In this document: positions 57,477-64,000 of the stretch, in pieces
Layout: each line of letters starts with the position of its first letter
Numbering within the stretch: position 1 is the stretch's first letter
From: Chitinophaga pinensis
Lineage (GTDB): Bacteria > Bacteroidota > Bacteroidia > SXHM01
Reading direction: 5' to 3'
Assembly (NCBI GenBank): GCA_945889235.1
Contig: CAMDBK010000001.1
Coordinates: forward strand, 5,485-69,484
Length of the DNA stretch: 64,000 nt
Made by a program: the position numbers and the translations under genes
The notes under the pieces: model-generated
Seen by the model: only the letters and a program-made list of their open reading frames with translations
The model's database searches: none
What the model was told of the DNA's origin: nothing

Positions 57477-57567
57477 CGTCACCCTGAACTTGTTTCAGGG
57501 TCTTTTATTAATTAATAGGTTTGTGAGATGCTGAAACAATCCCGATAACTATCGGGACAGCATGACG
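57477..57567. repeat. Two-hairpin palindromic element, type A, with core variant TCCCGATAACTATCGGGA nested in the loop of hairpin 2
   Basis: CGTCACCCTGAACTTGTTTCAGGGTC..GATGCTGAAACAA[TCCCGATAACTATCGGGA]CAGCATGACG. Lies between the DUF1987 gene stop and the PP2C gene start. Confidence 0.75.
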
Positions 57568-57570
57568 AAA

Positions 57571-57948
57571 CTATGCTACCTGAATTTCAAAGGGAATATC
57601 TATGATGCTTTGCAATTCTTCGCCTTTGGTCTTCATCATTTCGTCTGAGTTTTTGCAATGCCAGATTACTTTGGCTGTTTTGTTTTTGTCTATCAATTCC
57701 TGCATGCCGCTCATGATGTTGAACAGATGGCGGGTTGATGAGGAGTTGATATAATCAAGGTGAAGGTGAAGTTCAGTTGAATCAAGTGGTGATTGGTAGT
57801 ATTCGCTCAGCCATTCATAAACGGGTTTAAAAAATGCCTGTGAATCTTCGGGCAGGGCTTTTCCTGAAATAAGAAGTTGTCCGTTGCCGGCATCCAGTGA
57901 TATAGCGGGTGTATCTTCTGTTGCAGGTATATTGATGTTGTTTGCCAT
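57571..57948 (-). CDS. DUF1987 (SiaC-like) partner-switch protein
   Basis: 125 aa. LHLDYINSSSTRHLF resembles the DUF1987 phosphorylatable segment. Flanked by the PP2C and GHKL genes. Confidence 0.5.
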   Translation of the reverse strand: MANNINIPATEDTPAISLDAGNGQLLISGKALPEDSQAFFKPVYEWLSEYYQSPLDSTELHLHLDYINSSSTRHLFNIMSGMQELIDKNKTAKVIWHCKNSDEMMKTKGEELQSIIDIPFEIQVA

Positions 57949-57952
57949 CGGA

Positions 57953-59044
57953 TTAGAATGTTACATTTAAGGTGAAAAAACTCATGTTGTTATCCGCATC
58001 GTCAAAAGAGTATGCAAGTGGTCCGCTGCTTTCACGGGCTATTTCAATAAGGCCTAAACCTCCTCCGCCTTTTTCGCTGAACATTCCTTCTTTCAATGTT
58101 TTTTTGTACAGGTCTTTTAACTCGTAATTATTGAGTTTGTTAAGCCCTGTAATCTTTTCGCTCAGTATATTTTTAGTTTCAGAGGTTACCATATTTCCTG
58201 TGCTTATGGTGTAGTTCTGGTCATCAAATGTAATCATAAAAAGACCTTCTTTGTTCTGCGAATCTAATGAATGTCTTGAAACATTCTGCAACTGCTCGAC
58301 CAAAATAGAATATAAACTTTTTCCTCGTGAGCTTTCATCGGGCGAATACATGCGCTCCTGAATGATGTTGATGATGGGTAGAATTGAGTCTTTTGAAAAG
58401 TCGCCTTTGTAGACCATGAGTATGTTTGAGTTCTTTATCTCATCGTCAAACTGGCGGGTGAAGCGGAGTGTTTCTCCTACTTCGCGCTGCATGAGGTCTT
58501 CTTTTGATGCGAGTTTAAGTGAGAGGTAAAAGTTATAAAACTTTCCGTTTATGTCTTCGATATGGAAATCAATGGGCGGAACGGCTTTGCGTGCTATTTC
58601 AATCAGTCCGAGCCCGGCACCGCCTTTTGCACTAAACTGTTTGTTCTCCAGAATTTCGAAATAGAGGGCTTTGAGTTTATCTTTTTCAAGGGTGTTGAGT
58701 TGTTGCAGTTTTTCGCGGAGCATGTTTGCCCGCTCCATATCAATAAGATTGATGGAGCTGATGTAATTGGCTTCGCCCACTACGCGGGTTGAGAACAGGG
58801 TGCTGTCGTCCAGTCCATCGGGGTTATCGGGTTTGCCGTGGCGCACGAGGTTTTGAAAACACTCTACCATGATGTAGTTTACACGGTTGCGCATTTTTGA
58901 TAAATCCTGAAGACTGTTGACATTAAAATCGGTTAGACGGATTATTCCGTCAGTGATTTTATCGTTTACCTCGCCATTGAAAATGAGGCTCAGCCTGTCG
59001 TTGCTGAGTTTTTTGAACAGGTAATAGCTTTTTGATTCAGACAT
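57953..59044 (-). CDS. Tandem-duplicated GHKL/HATPase-like Ser kinase (SiaB/RsbW-like x2 in one polypeptide)
   Basis: Two ~180-aa halves. Each has an N-box-like E..QN(L/V)(V/S)RH and a G2-like KGG(A/G)GLGLIEIAR. 363 aa. Confidence 0.5.
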   Translation of the reverse strand: MSESKSYYLFKKLSNDRLSLIFNGEVNDKITDGIIRLTDFNVNSLQDLSKMRNRVNYIMVECFQNLVRHGKPDNPDGLDDSTLFSTRVVGEANYISSINLIDMERANMLREKLQQLNTLEKDKLKALYFEILENKQFSAKGGAGLGLIEIARKAVPPIDFHIEDINGKFYNFYLSLKLASKEDLMQREVGETLRFTRQFDDEIKNSNILMVYKGDFSKDSILPIINIIQERMYSPDESSRGKSLYSILVEQLQNVSRHSLDSQNKEGLFMITFDDQNYTISTGNMVTSETKNILSEKITGLNKLNNYELKDLYKKTLKEGMFSEKGGGGLGLIEIARESSGPLAYSFDDADNNMSFFTLNVTF

Positions 59045-59092
59045 AAGGGGGGAATAAGGTATGTTGTTTAACGATACTTTTTGAAATAGGTT

Positions 59093-60634
59093 TTAACACA
59101 ATTTTTGCATTGGCTTTGCTTTTGCCATGCTTTGCAGCCACATGTTAAGCTCTGCAGTACCCAGCGGGCGGTTTTTGAGTTGGGCAAACTGCGGTTGCAT
59201 GGCTTGGGCTATGCGTTTGGTATCAGCAAGGGATGAGGTGGTAAGTAATTGGTTGAGCAGACTTAATATCACTGTCTCCAAGGGATATAACAAATTGGTT
59301 TTTTTGTAAAACCGTTTGGCACTGCGCAAATGATTTTCAACCAAATCATGCTTACCCGCACCGTACCATGCAACAAGGGTAAAGAGCAAGCTGAAATCCC
59401 GTATATCCTGCCGCTCGCCTGTACGCCCAAATTCATTTATGCGCAGCAGCCAGCGCAAAGCCTCGGCATAATCATCAATTACAAAACAGCATACGGCTGC
59501 GTTGTGAATAAGTGAGAGAGCAAATGAATCAGGAACTTTATAAGTTTTTAGCCCCTTTTTAATTTCACTCAGCAGTGTGGGCAGATTAGCAAAGTCAGCT
59601 GTGTTGAGGCAAAGCAGCAACTGGTTTAATTTTATTTGCCAGAACCAACGGGCATTTTCGGTGGTGCCGTGCACGGTAATATTTTGTGCAAGGGTTAATA
59701 TTTCTTTGGCTGCAACATAGCGGTCTAACAAAAAACAGGTATTACAGAAGTGGATAAGAAATGCGCGGTAGGCATCTGACTTTTCTTTTTGCTGGTGAAC
59801 ATGGTCTTGCCACAAGCGGTTATTTTGCTTCAGGTATTCAAAACTTTTTTCATGATTACCCAATAGTTCATTGAGGTGCGACTGCGCATTATAATAAAAC
59901 CGTTGCGAACGAAAATTAAGAGCCTTGTTTTTATTCTTTAGCAGCGTATTGTGTTGTATTTTCAGCAGTTCCTTTTTCAGTTCAGCGGTGCGGCACAAGT
60001 TGTATTTGCGTTTAAGCAGAAAAATAACCTCACACAGGGTACGGTACTCTGTTTCATTGGCAATAAGGCGGTTCAATTCTTTTCTTCGGGCTGCAATGCG
60101 ATTCAATTCATTGCGGAAATCATCAGGAAAAAGGTCTTTGAGTAGTGCGCCCTGCCGTTTTAGTAGTTCCAGTTCGGTTAAATGATATTCATATTTTTCT
60201 GCCTGTTCACGGGCATCGGCAAGCAGTCTGCTACACTGCACAAACAGGTTTTTTCCGTACAATACTTTCTCCAGTTCAAGCAGGTATAGCAGATGGTTTT
60301 CAACGGTATCACTTTTACGGAAACCTGTTAAACTCTGGTGTACCAAGGCAGTCAGCAGGTTTTTGTAATGTGCAAAATCCCATCCGGGGTTTTTTTTCAG
60401 CAGGGTGGATTTCAGCTTTTCTTCACTGGCGTTGCCCGGCTGGTGCAGCCCATTAAATAAGAGCAGCAGGCGGGGACGGTTTTGCGCGGGATATTCCTTT
60501 AGCCGTGCCAGGCAAAATTGGGTTTCGCTCCGGTCCAGGCTCTGGATTAATTCCTGCAAATCACTGTTGCGCTGGCGCATAAGTTCGGCATTAACAATGT
60601 GTTTTACAAAGGTAGGATAAAAATGAAACTGCAA
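59093..60634 (-). CDS. All-helical 513-aa hypothetical protein (TPR-like), first gene of the putative Sia-like operon
   Basis: No catalytic motifs recognised. Same strand as the downstream genes, separated from them by 48 bp. Confidence 0.4.
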   Translation of the reverse strand: MQFHFYPTFVKHIVNAELMRQRNSDLQELIQSLDRSETQFCLARLKEYPAQNRPRLLLLFNGLHQPGNASEEKLKSTLLKKNPGWDFAHYKNLLTALVHQSLTGFRKSDTVENHLLYLLELEKVLYGKNLFVQCSRLLADAREQAEKYEYHLTELELLKRQGALLKDLFPDDFRNELNRIAARRKELNRLIANETEYRTLCEVIFLLKRKYNLCRTAELKKELLKIQHNTLLKNKNKALNFRSQRFYYNAQSHLNELLGNHEKSFEYLKQNNRLWQDHVHQQKEKSDAYRAFLIHFCNTCFLLDRYVAAKEILTLAQNITVHGTTENARWFWQIKLNQLLLCLNTADFANLPTLLSEIKKGLKTYKVPDSFALSLIHNAAVCCFVIDDYAEALRWLLRINEFGRTGERQDIRDFSLLFTLVAWYGAGKHDLVENHLRSAKRFYKKTNLLYPLETVILSLLNQLLTTSSLADTKRIAQAMQPQFAQLKNRPLGTAELNMWLQSMAKAKPMQKLC

Positions 60635-60863
60635 CGGTTTTTATTTTTCTGCTGTTGCGCAATGCCTTATGCTGTGCGGAATTTATACTTGCTGTTGCCC
60701 GGTATTTTAAATCCTTGCCGGCCTGTTACAGCAGTATTTTATCGTCCCTGCCTGCTCTCATTAACTGCTTCATTTTGGTTTTAACATTCGCGGGGGCGCT
60801 TCTACTTTTCGGTCATCTTTTAACCAAACGGATGATGCATAACCAACCTACTTCACACTACTG

Positions 60864-61100
60864 TTTCCGGTCGGAAAGTGCACTGCCGAAATTGAATTCA
60901 TGGTGTTTCCGGTCAGAAAGTATATCACCGAAATTCAATTCATCCACTTTCCGGTCGGAAAATGCACATCCTAAATTCAATTCACCCGCTGTCAGGTCGG
61001 AAAGTGCATTGCTGAAATCCAGTTTACCCGGTATCCGGTCAGAAAGTGCATTACTCAAATTGAATTTGCCCGCTGTCCGGTTGGCAAGCATATTAAATAA
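60864..61100. repeat. Tandem array of ~5.6 contiguous 42-44-bp direct repeats, each with a TTTCCGGTCGGAAA palindromic core
   Basis: Units start at 60864, 60906, 60948, 60992, 61034 and 61076 (degenerate). Lies in the 500-bp divergent region between the 513-aa gene and the 399-aa gene. Confidence 0.7.
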
Positions 61101-61133
61101 GCTTAAAAACAAGAAAAACTAAATCATAAACCC

Positions 61134-62333
61134 ATGCCATCACGCAAATTACCTAACTCCAACCCCAAACGCTACCGCGCCCTGCGCATGATCAACGACC
61201 GCAAAACAGTAACACCTCCCGCTGAGGTGCCGCTTAACTCCGCTACCATTATGCGGTTCGATTTGTTTTTTCCTACTTACAAAAGTAAGATACTGGCTAT
61301 TGCCGCTGCCCTGTCGGCACAGGGTGCAGCCAGCGCATTGGTAAAAACAGCCAAACAGCTTGCCGGCTGGGTAGTGGATGATTTTTATGAAGCCCTGCAA
61401 CGGGCAGTAAGGCGTGGGGTAATTGATGCAGCGCAGCGCCCCCTGTATAGCTTAGACATGAATGAAACAGGCACGCCAAAGCTAAGCAGCGAACAGGATA
61501 TATTAGACTGGGGTGAACATGCACACGATGGCGAAACTGCCCGTGTAGCAGGCGGGGGTGTACCCATCACCTTTCCTTCATTGGCTGAACTGGACAACGC
61601 TACCGCTGATTTTAAAACCAAGAACCTGAACCAGGCTGCCGCCAAAACAGCGTATGATAACGCGCAGCAGGCATTAGTAACCGATAACACAGAAGCTGAT
61701 AAACTGGTTCTCAAATGCTGGAACGAAATAGAAACCAATTTTGATGAGGGCGATAAGCCCAGCATGAGGCGGCAGGCACGTGAATGGGGTGTGGTTTATA
61801 TCCCGGCAAAAGGTGAAACACTTGACCCCGATGAGTTTTCGGTAAAAGGGAAAGTAACCGACCTGAATACAGGCAACGGAATAGAGGATGTGGAACTGAA
61901 AGTAGTGCAAACCTCTGAAACCATACTGAGTGAAAGCAATGGCGATTACCTGATTACTTACCTGCTTCCCGGAATTTATACCCTGGAAGCAAGCAAAGCC
62001 GGATACACCGCCCAAACCCTGCCGGGCATAGTGGTAACGGCAGGCAACATAACCGGGCTGGATATTGAGCTTACACCGGTGGCGGTTACCGGCACCGTAA
62101 GCGGTACTGTTTCTCTTACAGGTATACCCGTAAGCGGAGCAACAGTAAGCATTGAGGGATTTCCATTGCTTACAGCGGTAACCAACCCGGCAGGGCTTTA
62201 CAGCATTGGCAATATACCCGCAGGAGCGCAAAACGTGAAGGCGCAAATGCCGCCACCTTCAGGTGCTTTGCCCCAAGTGCATCCGGTTACGGTTGTAGCG
62301 GGAAGCGAGGTAACTGATGATTTCAATTTTTAA
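61134..62333 (+). CDS. Hypothetical protein with C-terminal carboxypeptidase-regulatory-like/Ig-like beta-sandwich repeats, no signal peptide
   Basis: VKGKVTDLNTGNGIEDVELKV..GDYLITYLLPGIYTLEASKAGY pattern. GC-richer than the window average. Confidence 0.4.
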   Translation: MPSRKLPNSNPKRYRALRMINDRKTVTPPAEVPLNSATIMRFDLFFPTYKSKILAIAAALSAQGAASALVKTAKQLAGWVVDDFYEALQRAVRRGVIDAAQRPLYSLDMNETGTPKLSSEQDILDWGEHAHDGETARVAGGGVPITFPSLAELDNATADFKTKNLNQAAAKTAYDNAQQALVTDNTEADKLVLKCWNEIETNFDEGDKPSMRRQAREWGVVYIPAKGETLDPDEFSVKGKVTDLNTGNGIEDVELKVVQTSETILSESNGDYLITYLLPGIYTLEASKAGYTAQTLPGIVVTAGNITGLDIELTPVAVTGTVSGTVSLTGIPVSGATVSIEGFPLLTAVTNPAGLYSIGNIPAGAQNVKAQMPPPSGALPQVHPVTVVAGSEVTDDFNF

Positions 62334-62351
62334 AAAAGTAAAACAAATTTT

Positions 62352-64000
62352 ATGAAAAAGTTCCTGCTGCTCTTTTTAATTGTCAATTATCAATTATCAA
62401 TTGTCAATTCACAAGCCCAAACCCTTTCGGTAACCCTAACCCCTTACGAATATGCCAACGGATATACTATCAGTTGCAACGGTGCGCAAGACGGCAGCAT
62501 TGACTTAACCGTTACCAATGCAACAGGTCCTTATACTGTGTTATGGAATGATGAAGTAACCACCCAAGACCGTGAAAACCTTGCAGCCGGTGAATACACG
62601 GTACTGGTAATTGACAGTTTAAGCGATACCGCCACCGCTTCAATAACATTATTGCAGCCTTCGGCTATTGATATTTCACTTTACAGTCCGAGTTACAGCG
62701 GCTATAATATACATTGCAACGGTGGAAGCGATGGAGAAATTGTTGCCAATGTTTCGGGCGGTGAAACACCTTATACTTATTTATGGAGTAACGATAGTAT
62801 TACTTCCAGCATCGCTGATTTAGTTACCGGTGAATATACCGTTACCGTTACTGATTCGAGAGCTTGCTTTGCTTCGCTCGCACTAACGGTAACGGAACCC
62901 CCTGCGCTGCAAAGCAGCATCAGCGCATGGGAAAACTCGTTTGGCTTTAACATTAATTGCAATGGCGCTGAAACCGGAAGCATTGATTTGGAAGTAAGCG
63001 GAGGCGCATTACCTTATGATTATACCTGGAACTCAGGCGACTTTACCCAAGATGTGAGTAATGCCGTTGCAGATTTTTACATGGTGCGCATTGAAGATAA
63101 TAATGGGTGTGTAAAGTTCGACAGTATTGTGCTGAATGAACCACCTGCTTTGCAGCTTGAAGCCAATCTGTATCAATATCCCAACGGAACATTTTTTACC
63201 TGTGCAGCCTGTCACGATGGGCAAGCCACCCTGGTTGCAACAGGCGGTACCGGCTCTTACAACTTTGAATGGGCTATGTTTAATGATGAAAATAACACAG
63301 CCGGAATTGACAGCATTTATGCCGACAGCCTTATTACTGCCGTTGTTACCGATGCGGCAGGCTGCACCGATACGCTTGTGTTTAACCTGCCCGGTGAAGG
63401 AAACGGAAATCATCCGCAACTGATTGTTACAAAATCAGAATATGCCGGTGGCTATCACGTAAGCTGCAACGGCTGCGCCAATGGATGGATTAACCTTGAA
63501 GCAGTGGGCGGCACCGGGCCTTATACCTTTTGGTGGGAAGACCTTGCCCAAGGCGAGGCAGGCGCCAACGCACAAAACCGCGACAGCCTTGCAGCCGGAC
63601 AATACCGCGTACGCATTACCGACAGTCAGGGGCTGATGACTAATACCGTAATTACACTGCTGCAACCCGCCCTTTTTACCCTGAACGTAAGCAGCACTAT
63701 TTATACCTGCAACGGGCAAAATGAAGGCAAGGTGCAGGCAGATGCTAACGGAGGAACTCCACCTTATACCTATCAATGGCAGAAAGACGGTACCCTGCTT
63801 GAAATCAATAATGATGATTTTGAACTTACCGAAACAGGCAATTACACGGTACTGGTTACCGATGCCAACGGTAATACACTTTCCGATACTGCGCTGGTTG
63901 CAGCGCGTGCTGCACTTACTATTACTGCACAGGGCATTGAACAATACCCCGATGGCGCACACACCGCCTGCTCTTACAACAACGGAACAATGACTATACA
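62352..64000 (+). CDS. SprB-repeat gliding-motility adhesin-like protein, 5' part (runs off the window)
   Basis: Hand translation from the ATG at 62352: signal peptide, then repeated (Y/I)(S/H)CNG..DG.I......GG..PY(T/D)Y.W units. No stop to base 64000. Absent from the ORF track. Confidence 0.7.
   Translation, partial: MKKFLLLFLIVNYQLSIVNSQAQTLSVTLTPYEYANGYTISCNGAQDGSIDLTVTNATGPYTVLWNDEVTTQDRENLAAGEYTVLVIDSLSDTATASITLLQPSAIDISLYSPSYSGYNIHCNGGSDGEIVANVSGGETPYTYLWSNDSITSSIADLVTGEYTVTVTDSRACFASLALTVTEPPALQSSISAWENSFGFNINCNGAETGSIDLEVSGGALPYDYTWNSGDFTQDVSNAVADFYMVRIEDNNGCVKFDSIVLNEPPALQLEANLYQYPNGTFFTCAACHDGQATLVATGGTGSYNFEWAMFNDENNTAGIDSIYADSLITAVVTDAAGCTDTLVFNLPGEGNGNHPQLIVTKSEYAGGYHVSCNGCANGWINLEAVGGTGPYTFWWEDLAQGEAGANAQNRDSLAAGQYRVRITDSQGLMTNTVITLLQPALFTLNVSSTIYTCNGQNEGKVQADANGGTPPYTYQWQKDGTLLEINNDDFELTETGNYTVLVTDANGNTLSDTALVAARAALTITAQGIEQYPDGAHTACSYNNGTMTI

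Noticed and set aside
60864-61100. Possible CRISPR array
   Set aside because: The repeats are directly contiguous and degenerate, with no unique spacers, and there are no cas genes. This is a plain tandem array.
60655-61122. 155-aa ORF (and antisense 84-aa ORF 60858-61112) with FRSESALPKLNS-type 14-aa repeats
   Set aside because: Both are read straight through the 42-bp tandem array, which stays open on both strands. They are more likely artefacts of a stop-free repeat than genes. Kept as a caveat in the repeat finding.

Overview
This 64-kb window looks like a chromosomal segment from a gliding Bacteroidota genome. The evidence is AT-leaning DNA, no Shine-Dalgarno dependence, many type IX secretion (T9SS) C-terminal sorting domains, and a SprB-repeat adhesin at the 3' edge. 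The coding content is mostly housekeeping: prs-rplY-pth, sod, ssb, rnhA, deoC, lgt, a cysC-cysD-[toxin-antitoxin]-cysN sulfate-activation operon, mltD, peptidases and acyltransferases. This is interleaved with at least six T9SS cargo proteins, including a 1157-aa collagen-like/PKD adhesin and a partial SprB-like gene. There are two RelE/ParE toxin-antitoxin pairs and an AT-rich islet of small secreted or membrane proteins. Three signals stand out. (1) A family of modular, nested palindromic intergenic repeats has nine copies. It includes a two-hairpin unit GTCACCCTGAAC..GTTCAGCATGAC, a GTCATTGCGAG..CTCGCAATGAC unit, and an 18-bp core TCCCGATAGCTATCGGGA that occurs inside the loops of the others. 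One related GC hairpin is inserted in frame in an SDR gene, and one copy donates the ATG of an acylase gene. (2) A SiaABC-like partner-switching cassette consists of a membrane PP2C phosphatase, a DUF1987/SiaC-like protein, a tandem-duplicated GHKL SiaB-like kinase and a 513-aa helical protein. It has no GGDEF partner and lies in a GC-richer block next to a 6 x 42-bp tandem repeat array and the SprB-like adhesin. (3) Two intergenic mirrored arrays of 10-bp-phased short repeats (CACAGATT x3 / AATCTGTG x3, and a ~100-bp palindrome with phased GGATG) look like multi-site operators. No rRNA, tRNA or CRISPR was found. Coordinates were hand-derived from the printed sequence and small boundary errors are possible.
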